Numbered from the stretch's first letter, positions 28,168 through 42,806 are shown. The stretch: DNA of 64,000 bases from Eledone cirrhosa (GCA_964016885.1 OZ024740.1:178746001-178810000); one strand, 5' to 3'. The notes: generated by a model from the letters alone, not told the origin. Made by a program: numbers and translations.

Positions 28168-28350
28168 AATTGTTGTTGTTTAACCCCAAATCTGCTCTGA
28201 TTAAGTAAAGTTATGATGAAAACGTTCCAGGCATGATTTGTCCAATTTATACTTTTCTTTTTTTTAAGACCAGGAGCGGTGATTTGAGCAATAGTTAATG
28301 CCTTTTACTAGCATGTCAAGCGAAGGCACAAACGCACCATCGTTGACCCA
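28168..28350. mobile_element. Old Nin-domain-like SINE remnant (relatives at ~20-80, 470-545, 33000-33150, 50940-51145)
   Basis: ttgttgttgtttaacccca..ctgatt..tatgatgaaaacgttccag..gatttgag..ctagcatgtcaagcga pattern recurs. Confidence 0.45.
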
Positions 28351-28910
28351 CTGTTTCTTTCTAATATTTCATGTATTGATATCAAATATAATTACTTCCA
28401 TAATAGTTATACAAAATGTCTGTATTTTTAAGTCGATGCAGAAATAAGCGAACATCATGAAATTTTAAATAGAATACTTGACACATAAAATTGAGATTTG
28501 GGTTTCGACTGAATGGCTGTTTCTGATTTTATTTGAGCTCTTCTTCCAGGATAAAGAAAATACGGTCTTTTACCTGCATTGGCTGCACGTAAAACTGTAA
28601 AATTAGAATGAATTAAATATTTCGTAAATGCTTTTCACATAGATTGAATTCTATGCAAATACCTTTGACTCAAGTCTGCAGCATAGCTGAAAAAAAAAAA
28701 ATGAATGATTGCTGCTGTAGTTAGATCACAATTTAATGATTTTGAATAAAGAGATGCTCGCAACTATTTAGATATGGCATTTAAAATATTTCCTGAAAAA
28801 GCAAATGCCAGAAATTACGGATAACTATTTGAAAACAATGAATGAAATCATTGTTTCTGTAATTGAGGTTTTTATAGAGACCGGATTATTAATGTAAATG
28901 TGCTGAAGCA

Positions 28911-29003
<93 letters not shown>

Positions 29004-29024
29004 GAGAGAGAGACAGAGAGAAAG

Positions 29025-29475
29025 AGAGAAAAGGTGAAGTTGGAAATAGCACGGAAAATATATTTTAGGGTCTGTTTTTCTTTTTGTTTCCTTTCTATGA
29101 TTCGTCAAAGTGACATCATTGAACATATGAGAGGGAAAATTCTTTAAAAGAAAATTTTATAATATATATAAAGTATTACCGGTTTCGATGTATTATTAAA
29201 ATTCATCTTATCAAATGTTGAGTATTAACATATTTTTAATTGTAATACTCAACATTTGAATTTTAATAATACATCGAAACAGGTAATACTTTATATATAT
29301 TGTAAAACTTTTTTAAAAAGAATTGTCCCTCTCATATTTTCAATAATATCAATTTGATGAATCAAAGAAAAAAGAAAAGAAAAACAAACCCTAAAATATA
29401 TTTTCCGTGTTATTTCCAACTTCACCTTTTCTCTATAACCAGTCTTTTGTATATAACCTTACTTCCCTTTTCTTA
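29025..29475. repeat. Imperfect fold-back (~200-bp arms, 29025-29434) plus tail
   Basis: agagaaaaggtgaagttggaaata...tatttccaacttcaccttttctct. Degenerate TTGATAA..GAAACCGGTA on minus. Confidence 0.8.
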
Positions 29476-29854
29476 TATATATATATTTATATATAAAGTT
29501 ATAGATATATATATGTTGCAACTGGTCACTTTTAAGCTCTATGAAGAATTAATAAATTAAAAAATCAGAGCAATATATCATAAATCATGTCTTTAGAATC
29601 ATCAGATAAAATATATACCAATTCTTCTTCTAATTAGCATAATTAACAATATAAAAAATTAATTAGATCAAGCTATAAGAAGAAAGGCTCTTATGGAGAA
29701 ATCTCCGACAAATAACCGAACGTAGCCTCTTCGCGGTGGCCCCGATCGAGTATTTATCCAACATTTCGACAGCATGTAGAAACTGACTAAATATATCATC
29801 AACCATACACAATTAGGTGTAAAATTAAACATAGAAAAAATGCGTACCTACCGT

Positions 29855-29941
29855 AATTATATCTCTACCATGGTTTCATCCCTATTTTTAGACATCCAAA
29901 TAATAGGAATGTCCTGAGTTAGGATTCATCAGGAGACAAAT
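29855..29941 (-). ncRNA. Hammerhead with extended stem II, left arm
   Basis: Reverse complement of 30961-31047. Confidence 0.78.
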
Positions 29942-30121
29942 TCAAAATCAGACATCTAGTTTTTCAATCCAATCCCGCCAAAAATAGATTCAAAAGTGGC
30001 TAAGAATCGCTATGTGGCTGTGGTCAAGCCAGAAAGAATGTGATTGGTTGCTTACGGCGGGTATTTGGCTGCGCTTTCTAGCAGCAAGCCTACCCGCCGT
30101 AAGCAACCAATCACATTCTTT

Positions 30122-30214
<93 letters not shown>

Positions 30215-30960
30215 CGCATATACACACACATACTTCATATTTTATATCAGCATTTGAGTTGATACCTGACACTTCATGACCTTTTTACAAATGTCATGTT
30301 TAGATATAGGGAAATAAGATAAACATTTCACAACACAAACAAACGAACGAAAAACTGAAATATTGCCTTAATTTTTGTGATAAGATTTTTATATTTAATT
30401 TACTTTATTTACAACGTAATGTGCTTTCTTCATGTCAATATTGAAACTTTATTTCAAATCATTTTAATTCAAAAAATGTATATAGATATAATTTTGTTAT
30501 ATTTTCTTTTGAAAGTCAAATATTTTAGTAATCTCTTTCATATAGAGAAATGTTTTCTACACGAATAAGAACGGGAAATGTAGTAAATAACATATATATT
30601 CGTTTGTTTGCTGATCTATTGACAACAAACCGAAAAGTGTATTCCCTCCTTCGTCGTTGGACTACGTAAAAGGTGATATAAATATGTACAGCATGCAGAA
30701 ACAAAGCTTGTGTGTACTGCTGTAAATATATGCCAGGTGTCTGAAAAGAAAATCATCGACAGTGTAAATATTTAATAATCTCCCGATAGGTTGAGATTAA
30801 ATTTGGCGATATTTGGCTGCGCTTTCTAGCAGCAAGCCTACCCGCCGTAAGCAACCAATCACATTCTTTCTGGCTTGACCACAGCCACATAGCGATTCTT
30901 AGCCATTTTTGAATCTATTTTTGGCGGGATCGGATTGAAAAACTAGATGTCTGATTTTGA

Positions 30961-31047
30961 ATTTGTCTCCTGATGAATCCTAACTCAGGACATTCCTATT
31001 ATTTGGATGTCTAAAAATAGGGATGAAACCATGGTAGAGATATAATT
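30961..31047 (+). ncRNA. Hammerhead with extended (48-nt) stem II
   Basis: tgtctc-CTGATGA-ATCCT..ggacattc..ggatgtct..GGGAT-GAAA-CCATGG-TA-gagata. Confidence 0.8.
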
Positions 31048-31396
31048 ACGGTAGGTACGCATTTTTTCTAAGTTTAATTTTACACCTAATTGTGTATGGT
31101 TGATGATATATTTAGTCAGTTTCTACATGCTGTCGAAATGTTGGATAAATACTCGATCGGGGCCACCGCGAAGAGGCTACGTTCGGTTATTTGTCGAAGA
31201 TTTCTCCATAAGAGCCTTTCTTCTTATAGCTTGATCTAATTGATTTTTTATATTGTTAATTATGCTAATTAGAAGAAGAATTGGTATATATTTTATCTGA
31301 TGATTCTAAAGACATGATTTATGATATATTTATATATATAAATTATTTCCGTAGAAAAGGTAAAGGAAAGAAGAGTGCTTTATGTATAGTACAGAG

Positions 31397-31458
<62 letters not shown>

Positions 31459-31666
31459 GTGTTTTAGTAAGTGTGTATGCGTTTCGTACACACATAAAAT
31501 TGTAGCAGTATTAGGAGCCATGATTAATTCCTGATACCTAAAGTTTTCCTGCGGTTAACCATTCCATACTTACCCAATGGTAAGTCTTAAATAATCTGAT
31601 TATTTCAGGATCACTGCCAGAAACAGTTAGATATAAGGAAATATTCCGGTTTACTAACAGAGAATG

Positions 31667-31703
<37 letters not shown>

Positions 31704-31792
31704 GCGCACACGCGCACAGGCATATATATATACATACATATATATCTGGAGAGAGTTTAAATTAGTGATATATATATATATGTATATATACA

Positions 31793-31870
<78 letters not shown>

Positions 31871-33377
31871 TGTATGTGAGTGTTTCTGTGTATATGTGTG
31901 ATGAGAGAGAATGCAGGGCGTAGAGCATCTGACAGATTTATAATGTATGAATATAGTTATAAATGCATTGGTGCACATTGCCTGGTTTACGGTTATTTAA
32001 ATATCAATGTTACGTTCTGAGATGTAGAATCATAAAATTGACAATATTCTGTAACTAAAGATGCCCGAAGCAAGACGAATATATATATATATATATTATA
32101 TAAAACTTGATAAGTATTTTAGAAAACAGCTGTTGTTTGTAATTCTTAGGACAAAATTTACACTAAGTTCACTAAGTTCAACATTAGTTTTTAAGATTTC
32201 TGGTGTTGTAATATTTCAAAGCACTAATACTGTGGTTATTGTTTCCATCGGTATCTGTAAGGCAATAAAAGTGGCGAATATATAGTCACACCACCTGTTA
32301 GAAATTGCAGCCGGATTCTTTTCACATCTTACTCCTCCCTATTAAGAGGGCGAAAACATTGCATATCTTTTATAATCAGCACTAACTGAGTAAGAAGAGT
32401 TAAACAATAATAACAAGACCAGTTACATAAAAACCATAGTTGTCGGATTTATAGCGCATCTGGTAAGTTTGCAGACTCGTTAGAGAGTGTGACGATTTGT
32501 TTGATGATATTTATTTCGATACCCTGCAAACTGTGCTCATATCCCATCAATGTCAACTTTGACATTTTTCCTTCCTCTATTTATAAATAATTACTGGTAA
32601 AGAGCGGAGAACTAGCGGTGTCGTTTGTGGGTTAGAGAGGATACCTTGCTATATTTGTTCCGGCATATGTCTCACTGAATTCTCGGAGATAATTTGTTGT
32701 CTTTGAAAATACTGTCCCTTGGATACCTTTAGTAAAGTCTACTCTGTTGCAAACGGTTGGACTAAGTCTTCACCTTGAGGGCACCTCCTTTCCCTCCCAC
32801 CTGTCATGAAGACCTCTGATAATTGACAACAGCACTGCCTTTTTTCTAACTGACTAAAGATATATTGATGGTTCCTAACATATAATCTACGGGTTACAGT
32901 GAATGTGATATTTAATGTTGTTTAGATTTTAAAATACGCAGTAGATTTAAGTTCTACAATGTGCAACGTAATGTTTTATCATTCATCTTGTGGCTCCTGG
33001 TGGAATGCGATTCAAGCATTGATTATATTGTTTTTGTTTAGGATAGTGTACATCCAGACTAGTCTATCTAATGTGCCCTTTTATTTTGACTGTAGGTGAA
33101 GATTTGTTAGCTAATCTTAGTAGGTCAAGTGATGTCTTAGAGTCTCCTTCAAAGGTTTATCGTATTAAGAAGTCGGGGCACACTTCACAGATAAGTATGC
33201 TTTTTCGTTAGCTTCTGCTGCGGCTTTCGTGGGAGCCTGGGGTTTCTAAGAGATCATTTAAAAAAATATCCTACTTTCAATATTAAACAAACCTTTAACA
33301 ACACAGGTCCTATTCATAACATTCGCAACTTATATTCGAATTAAAGTGAAGATAAATCCCATTATCATTTTCAAAGG

Positions 33378-33570
33378 GGCGGTTGATTGGCAGTATCGGT
33401 AGAGGGTATGACGCCATGCTTTGCAGCAAAGAGTCACGACCATTTATGGTTTGAGGTCAAAGTCCACTGAGATTAACTTTGCATTTCATCTTTACGGGTT
33501 CGATAAGATAAAGCACCAGTAATACACTGGGATAATTGTTGGCCTTGTAACAAAAGTAGAAACAATTATC
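33378..33570 (+). mobile_element. OR-type SINE (older copies at ~27490, 32450, 32610, 35930, 41190)
   Basis: ggcggttgattggcagtatcggtagag..gaggtcaaagtcc..tttgcatttcatc..cgataagataaagcaccag. Confidence 0.75.
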
Positions 33571-36500
33571 ATTTTCAATGTCACACGGACTAGTGTTAAC
33601 AGTGGATATAGTTACCCTCGGACTTGTGAAATATCCCAAATACTTTCAAAAGTGTTTTCGCCGCTAAAGTCATCCAAAAGACAAGTGGTGTAACTAATCT
33701 GGGTGAGGGATTAGGAATACCAAACTACAACAATAGTCATTCTAACGAAATTTTACTTCACCCACATTTCACTTACAACTGACTGGACAGCCCAAAGTTA
33801 CGATAGCTGTTACCTGTCTGAGATTCAGTACAGTGGGATTGAAGGGGAAACCACATATTTACTAAATGAAATTCTTCAACACAGATCCATTCCTTTGGAC
33901 ACCTACGAATTATGTATACTGTTAGTACAATCCCTAGCCTTTATGGTAGACCTAATTCACTATCATATTTAAAACAACCACCTGATCCGTGTGGTTTTAA
34001 GCCGAGTGCACTCACTTGTGAAATTTCGAATCAGTTTCCATATTCCTACACCAATCATATTCTTTTTTAACGCAGACATTGAATCATAGGTCTTCTGGCT
34101 CATTATCGGTCGCATCGATCAAACTAGTGAGGGACTGGTGAATTTGAGGGAAACGATGTTTCTTTCCATGGCTAACTCATATAAAACATAGTAATTTGGT
34201 AAATTGGCTGGTAGTATTATAGACTATTTATTAATGTTCCGAAACTATTTCTTTCTGAGAAACATCTATTTTCTACACACTTTAAAAACTTTCACATCAT
34301 TTAATCTATAAATCTCTTTCTCTGTTATCATCATTGAAATCAAACCAGTATACTAACACCTTCAAATGTCTATGCGGTAAATTTCTAGTTGTATTTTCTC
34401 ATCATTAGCATTGTCGCATTGATTATTGGCTTTTCATATTTCTGTTTAAGAGATCTCATATTTTTGAAGGCATTTTCGATAACTAAGATTACTCCTCTAT
34501 GAGATTTAAGAACGGCACTGTCATAACGATGCTATATATATTTTCTATAGAATATGGGAAAAAGCATATTGGTGTCAGTAGAAGTGTCAATGAAGTGCAA
34601 CAAGTAATATAGATATTTAAACGAGACAATCTATTCGATCGCTTTCAAATAAAAAACACAGCAGCATAATACTACCTCAGTTGAAACTTTACCATCATAT
34701 ATTAGTAAGAAGACCTTATATAATAATGTGTACTTACGTACTGTATCTGAAACAAATAATCACACATAGGGAGTGGTCATGGTTCCAAAGCCTGTGATGG
34801 TGCTAAACAAAACTGAGGAAAACGAAGACAATCCATATTATTAAACCTATTATAAATGGCTTTGATTTATTATGATATTTTGGAATGCTCCTAGACTAAT
34901 AAGTACTTATTCTACATCTAATATCGATATAACATCATTAAGTTTCACACGTGAAGCGCGTTTCGCGGTCGATCAGCTCAAGATACGATTGGTTGTGATC
35001 GTGCTCGACTCTGGAATCGATAGCTCATCAGACTTGTGGATTATCGAATAAACGTAGGTATCTCTGCGACAACATTAAATATACTTAGTGTTGCCAATTC
35101 ATACTCAGTTGTGATATCAGAGTATCTGTTGGAGTTCATTCGTGGTTGGTATGTAGTATAGATTTTAGCCGTGTCGGCAAGTTATTAGTAGAAAAGTAAA
35201 CAAGAAGACAGAAAAATATACAAATTCAAGAAAGCAGGTACATAATTTTGGTACCAGCCTAGGTTGGTGCGTTGAGTTCCGTCAGTAAGGGCGATAACAT
35301 AAGTCCCAAGCTCCAGAATTCTGATGCAATAACTAGTCAAAATGGAATAATATATATGTATTAGGTCAACCATGGAAGGACGACAGCCCGCGTGACCCTA
35401 TTCAAGGACTTTGGCACAATACAACCAAGCTAACAACGAATATGAACAATTGTAATACAAAGAAAGATTCGAAAACATCCAAGAAGATTAATGCCTTTCA
35501 ATAAACGTGGTAGAGGAAATTTTCAAGAATTTCATATAATTATATTAAAAAAAACATAACTACTTCAAAAGAACATCGTCACGAAGATTCCAATATATAG
35601 TGATGGAACGAAGAATATGACTGGCCGTTCATAGCCTTTCTCGGACTGATCATTGGTATATAAAATCCCCATTGCATTGAAATGGACATAAACAGAAAGA
35701 AAGAGAAAAAAAAACACGGTACACATACGTCGATTCTTTCAGCAAATATTTAATGATCTCAACAGATGCTGAGACACATAGACCATGCCAACAGTCGAGG
35801 GAATAAGAAGAGATCTGCTGCTCGACATGCAAACATGCGCAGATTTGACTGATTGATTGATTCAACCTCATCATCAGTAGAATTTCTATCTTGTCAAAGC
35901 AAATAGAACAATTCTCACATAGATTGATTTCAATTTAGACACAAAGCCAACAGATAATGGGGAGGGAAAAGTCGATTACATCGAAAGCAGTAGGTAACAG
36001 ATCCTGTATTCCATTGGTGCTAGAAGGATTATAGGTAAAGCTGACTCCAGCAGGATTTGATGTTAGAACATACCTGGCTAAAACTAAACGCTTCAATTCA
36101 ATTTGCCCGACGTTCCAATGAATCAACCACTCCACAGCCCTTATATATTTTTTTTTCAATAAAATGAAATGTAAAGTATTCAAGTATTTGAATTAAATAA
36201 ATATCTTTGTTTAAAATTGACTAATCATATAGTGTTCAGGTGATCAATCATGAAGTATTACAATACTTCAGTCCGATTTTGTTTCGTCACAATACAGTCA
36301 CGTCTTAAAGAAGACAATCATAAATCATTTTGCCTCCTCAAATGCGTTAAAGGAAATAATATAGCTATTGTGAATTGCGTCGTAATCCATTTCGTTTGAA
36401 ATATTATTCTTGTCGGTGCCATGTTGTAATTAATTCTAGAAGAAATTAATCAAAGCGATTATTTTAGTAAACTGATAATATTACAATGCAAATTGAATTT

Positions 36501-37042
36501 CATTATCTGAAATTAGTTCTTCAAACTTAATTTTAAAATCATTTTACAATAATGAATTAATAGTAACATATTCAAACTACTATAAGGGCATCTTAACTTG
36601 CTAAGCTATGTCAAAATTGTGGTACTTAGAAGTGCATTAAAGATGTCGGCACTCCAAATCCACCAATTGTTATTAGTGAGAAAACGAGGATCAAATTTTG
36701 AGGTAACTGCAAATGCATGTTTTCTGTGTTAATTCCTGTACAGGTCCATACAAATAGATTAAGTAGGTTTCAAACGTTGTTTCGATAATTAAATTTTTTA
36801 TATTACATTTCCATGCACAGGTTTCCCAAATTAACTGCATTTACAATGGCAAGGATAACGAGGGATTGTTTGTGCATCTTAGGCAGACAAATATTACTCT
36901 AGAATCTATTTTTATCGAACGCATCCTTTCTTTATTTTAACGTCAATGTTTAAGATCTTCGTTGATATATATGGCACAAGTGAAAATACATTCATAAGCA
37001 CATACTTACGTAGGTACATGCAGTCATAAATACATATACATG

Positions 37043-37108
<66 letters not shown>

Positions 37109-37249
37109 CACCACCACTACACACCTCACACCCTTTCACCACTTGTTTCATTTTAACTTTTTTACCCTCTAAAAAAAAATGCCCCCCCCCCCTTTGATGT
37201 CTTTCCATCACTCCCACTTACACCCTCAGAACTCTTTACCTGCACACTT

Positions 37250-37283
37250 TTCTCCTGATGAAGGGCTTATGCCTGAAACGTCG
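37250..37283 (+). ncRNA. Minimal hammerhead core (3' strand of stem I lost)
   Basis: CTGATGA-a-GGGC ttat GCCT-GAAAC-GTC. Confidence 0.55.
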
Positions 37284-37385
37284 TCCCCCACCTCCCACTC
37301 TCAAGCATGATAATATTAACACTTTGTACTGCCTCTTCGCTTCGTTTTTGTTTTTTTTGTTTTCTGTTTTAACTATAATATATAT

Positions 37386-37424
<39 letters not shown>

Positions 37425-37864
37425 ATACGTACGTACATATATTAGGGCTTCTCTAGTTTGCACCAAACGAAGTATTTACAATTGAAAATATCCTCTCCTA
37501 TGTGCAATCTTAGGCGGACCTTTTATATGGAAGCCTAGCAGTCACTCATGCATGCAAGTCTCCCCCTCTTCACTACCTATAATTTCCAATTGCCGATAGA
37601 GTGAGTCCACAAATGAAATCAGAAAGCAAAGAGCCTGCTCACTTTCGTCGTACTAAGATTGCATCAATCCATTGCCCATTACTTTTACATTATTTATTTA
37701 TCCCAAAGTGATAAAGGCTACAATTGACATCGGTGAGATTTTAATTCAGAGTGGAGAGAGCCGGAACAAGTTCTGTGAAGTTTGTAATTCGAGTGCTCAG
37801 GAGTCTGCCATATACACTGACATACATTGATATGCACACACAGACACACACACACACACACGCA

Positions 37865-37941
<77 letters not shown>

Positions 37942-38074
37942 GCAGAAGTTATATTTAATTTGTTGGGATTCCAACAAACTTAAATGTTTATAACTAATAT
38001 AGAGCACTCAACAGTTTACTGGAGTAAATATTCAATATATTAATAAATGGAAACTATATTTATAAAACCATAAT

Positions 38075-38140
38075 TATTTTATTATATATATTTCAAGGGC
38101 GATCAAGACAATATTGGTGCGCTTTCATCAGATAAAATAT
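38075..38140 (-). ncRNA. Minimal hammerhead, same family as 15443-15503
   Basis: On minus: tattttat-CTGATGA-aagcgc..gccctt-GAAA-TATATA-TA-ataaaata. Confidence 0.7.
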
Positions 38141-38278
38141 AAAATTTGTTTTATATATATATATTTCTTCCGAATGAAGCAGTTTTAGTCCTGTAGAAGC
38201 CATTTCTATATTAAATATTCATACTCTGCTATGTATTGAGTAACTTACTTACTGTGGTTACCCCCGATTGAACCCGGG

Positions 38279-38388
<110 letters not shown>

Positions 38389-38618
38389 TGGCCAACATTG
38401 TACCTTGAAACATTCGGTAGCGCTTTTGGTTCCGCCTCCGAACATAAATAAATAATATACTATATCAGCTCTCACACCTGGTTGAGCAGTGTTTTCATTT
38501 TTCATTTTTCACATCTGCGGATGTTTTTCTCACTCACTTACTCACTCTCACTCTCTCTCTCCCTCTCTCTCTGTTTCTCTCTCTCTATATGTATATATAT
38601 ATATATTTATATACATAT

Positions 38619-38677
<59 letters not shown>

Positions 38678-40825
38678 AATAAATATATATATATATATAT
38701 ATACATGTATATATATATGACACACTACGTTTCCAGGATACATGCTATTTGCCCAAAGTTACCTTCGTGACGTTTGCATAAATGACTGAATATTTGTGAA
38801 TGTGCTGTGTAAACCTTTCAGATGGTGTTTATTGTGAAGTGATAAAGATTAATTTCCTTCTCCATTCTTCGAGGCAATTACTGTAACTACTATTGCATGT
38901 GAGACCAGTAAAACCTCTAATTAAGCAGTAAGGATTTTGATAGGCTGCCAAATGCCCACTGCATTCCCTACTATAATAATTCAATGCCATCCGTAAATAA
39001 CACTTTCTCTATTCATCATCATTGCTTTTATTTTCAGTACTCTTTTGCTATTAAACTACCTTGAGGGATGTAACCATGATGAGTCTCTGCTATCTCTCTT
39101 TATTTTCTTGCATGATCTGATATTTCGCTTCAGATTTCAAATGCATTTAGTGTCCAAAGTAATTTTAAAAATCAACAACTTCATGAAAGATTTCTATAAA
39201 ATAAAAATGTGGAATTACTACCAAACTGAATTTCCTTTTACACTTATGTGTTATAAACGTGCAGCAGTGTTGTTTCATTTAAGTCCATGACCTATGCTGT
39301 AGTAACTTCAAGCGACTCTTCCATCTCATTCGTATTTATACTAAATATCGTCCAGTAATAATCATTTGAATTTTACTGATTTTCAAATTTAGTTAGCGTC
39401 TTTTGTCCTGTAGTGACTACTTCCCCGAGAGAAAGCAATCCTAGGACTACACTCATTATTTCCACCTAAGCTTTTGATTCGCGTAATATAATCTGTAGAA
39501 ATATCAAAATAATTCTTTTCTTTTCTAGTTTCAGGTGCATCTCATTGATTTAGTCATCCATATCGACTCTCAGTACTTCTCTTTTAAATACGTACTGTAA
39601 ACTGTACTTTGAACTTAGAGAAAAAGCCCCCATAGTTTGCCATCATAGTTTCTTAAATATTATTATTTTTGAAAAGTTGTCTTGATAAATTTAAACTTTC
39701 GTTATCATTTAAACTTTCTTTAAAAGTATTTTCTTAAAATAATGTAAATTATGTAGGCAGCACATAGATGCTGAAATATTGACTCTATCAATTTTCAATG
39801 TGAACAAACGGAATAAATGTGTTTTCTATATATTTTTACATTTGATACATTCTTAACATGTTTTTAATTGATTCTATAAATTACATTTCAATTGCATGTA
39901 TGATTCAGTTACAAAATCTGTGTAGTTCAGACTTTTTGTCAATCACGCCAAATACTTTGAATGTTTAAAAATGTTTCGCGTTATAATTGCAGAATTTTTA
40001 TATATTTTCTGAATTATATATGTCCGAACATCCACTATCGCTCTTGAATATTCAATTTTACTACAAAACGTTCACTTATTTTCTGGGACCCAGGGGTAGG
40101 CCTAATGAGGTATCAGATCAATAGTAAGCGCAAAGCTCAAAATACACATGTTATGTTGAAATAGAGCTGTATTTTTTGTGAAGGACCGTATATTGAGACT
40201 CCAAAGGAAGACTGGATCCAGTTAACATAAATGTAGAAACTGGTGCCATGAGACTTCCTCTCGCTATGAACTTGGCCAAGACTACTATCTATATGACTTT
40301 TGTGAATACCATGAACATTTTCGATTCATATTTCACACTCTTAAAATTTTGAAGTGTATTTTGAAGTGTATTCTTATATATCACCCCGTTAGTCGCATGT
40401 ATAATCAAATATTTTTTGCCATAATTTCTGTGAAATGTATACTTATTTCAATTAAAATGTCAGTAACATTTCTTATACATACACCTTTTACTCTACAATG
40501 TTTAATATTCAAAGTAGCTCCGCATCAGGGCCCACTTTGAATACTTAACTTAACTGGTAATTACTATATAACGAATTTTAGATAAAGGTTGCATATGATA
40601 GCTCCCTTTCAATCATCTCTATATTAGCAACATCCGTCAACAAAAGATTGATTGAGCTATGTGGCATAAAAGATGCAGAATTGACGATTTACGGTATATT
40701 TATTCTATTGGTCTCTTATTGTCGAATTGCTATGTTATAGGGCATAAACACAACCGACACAAATGTAAACACATACACATATATATGTGTCTGCCCGCCC
40801 CCTCAATCTATTTTATTTCTCATTC

Positions 40826-40863
40826 TTTCTTCTGATGAAGGACTCGCGTCCGAAACGTTAAGA
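40826..40863 (+). ncRNA. Minimal type-I hammerhead ribozyme
   Basis: tctt-CTGATGA-a-GGAC tcgc GTCC-GAAAC-GTT-aaga (palindromic AACGTT in place of stem III). Confidence 0.75.
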
Positions 40864-40947
40864 CCCTCTTCCTGCTATATCAAGCGTTAACCTAATATAT
40901 ACCCTCCATATACTGTACCGATTGTGTTGTTATTTCTGTTTACCTTT

Positions 40948-40986
<39 letters not shown>

Positions 40987-41653
40987 TATATATATGCATA
41001 TGATGAATTCCTGCCATTTCAGTCAAATAAATTCCCCTAACAAAACATTGTGTTCATTATCTATAGAGTTCATGCTGTAGAAATTTCACAAACACGCTCT
41101 CATATCATATCATTTACCGCTGGACAAGTAAATCACTTAGTCACATGAGAAGATAGTATTAGTGAGAAGTAACAATTCCTTGTCTTAATGTTCCTGCAGC
41201 AAATTGACTGATTCATTAGAGCGTAAGACAAAATGTTGTGGGTTACTTGTTATAACTCTCTGGGCTCTGAGCTCAAATCCCACCGTAGTTAACATTGCTT
41301 TACATTCTCTAGGGATTGATAATTTAAGTGCCAATCCAGGTGGAATTGTTAATGCATCAAGGGATATGTCCATCTCCATCACCTAAACTTTAGGTGATTT
41401 TTGCCTCAATCTGATATCCTTGAATCATTATATCTACGTCTTCCATTTCAAGATAACTTGCACCCTCCCTCCAAATATTCCCTGAGACTCTGAAAAGAGC
41501 CTTTGTCACTGCTCGTCCTTCCGTGACTAAATAATAAAGAAAAACAATACAATTTGATACACATGTTTTCCACTAAGAGTATAATTATGTTGACATCTTC
41601 CAAGTTTAAGTTAAGCTGTATTTTTCTTACTTCACATCAATATATATATACTA

Positions 41654-42806
41654 CTAGCAGCAGGCCCGGCGTTGCACGGGGTAGCAAACGTGAAATAGCA
41701 ACGCGCATATGCAAAGATTGAGGAATGTAGCTGTGTACTTTTTGAATTCCCTTATTCTCAGGGAATGATTGTTCATCTACTGGAAACGTAGAATACCAGC
41801 AGGCCGAATCCAGAAGTAGCAGTGTCAGTGAGCTGATTACGGAAATCCTGTTTGCGAAAGGAGTAAGTAAGTGTTGTGGGGTGATGTATGTCGTAAGTCT
41901 GTTCACGAATTACGTCAAGGATGCGACGTAGTCAATTATATGAAAACCAAGTAGGGATGTACGTTTAAGTAGGGATATTGAGATGACGAAATCTGCGAGG
42001 CAACGCAGTTGCAGCAGAAGGGGGTCATAGTGCAATTAGTACAAACGCTGGGCGGCACTGGTTGCACAGCGTTTACACAGCAACAAAGGTGCGACAAAAG
42101 GGGTCACCATGGAATTAACACAACCGCTTTTCGGTGTACTGGCACAGGGCGTTCATACTGCGGTGTAGGTGCAACAAAAGGGGTCTTAGTAGAAGTAGCA
42201 CAGACGTGAGTTTTACGGTGTCAATAACACGACAACGTACATAGGGCCCGGATTTGCGCATGATGAAAGCACGAAGCGTCAACAGGGCACCGAAACAAAT
42301 TTTAAGGTCCTTCTCATTTCCTCAATCCCCCGAAAAGGGTCCTGCTTAAAAGTAAGTAAGTGTTGTGTCCTCTGTTAAATAAACCAAATTTTTAACGAAA
42401 TATTATACGCTACTTGCCATTTTTAAGTAGCGTTTATATTGAAAATAAAATGGCATGTAATGCTCACTGCTAATTCGTAAATTTCCTGGAAACCATTAAT
42501 GAAATCGGAAATGTTTTTGTCCACAGCAATTCGAGGGGACTAACTAATGTGTGCTGCAAATTTCGAAGAAATCGGCTGGCTTATCTTTAAGTTACGCCTC
42601 AAAAATGCCTAAAAATGCCTTTAAAATGCGTTTTTTCGCCTAATGTAGACTCTAGGGCAGAAAAAGTTAAAATGTGTTTAGCCCATTGCACTTCAAGAAA
42701 TATAGGTAACGCATGTGTAAAGTTTGAAAAATATCTGTCGGGTACTTCTCGAGTTTTAGGGATTTACACAGACAGACAGACATCCTCTGTTTTATATATA
42801 TAGAGA
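41654..42806 (-). mobile_element. Non-autonomous Helitron
   Basis: On minus: 5' TCTCTATATATATAAAACAG...3' CCCGTGCAACGCCGGG-cctgctg-CTAG|T. Confidence 0.8.

Larger units (their letters stand above)
29572..31330. mobile_element. Large fold-back PLE-derived element (~490-bp arms) with captured spacer
   Basis: 29572-30063 is the reverse complement of 30839-31330. Diverged relative at ~17110-17435. Confidence 0.85.
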
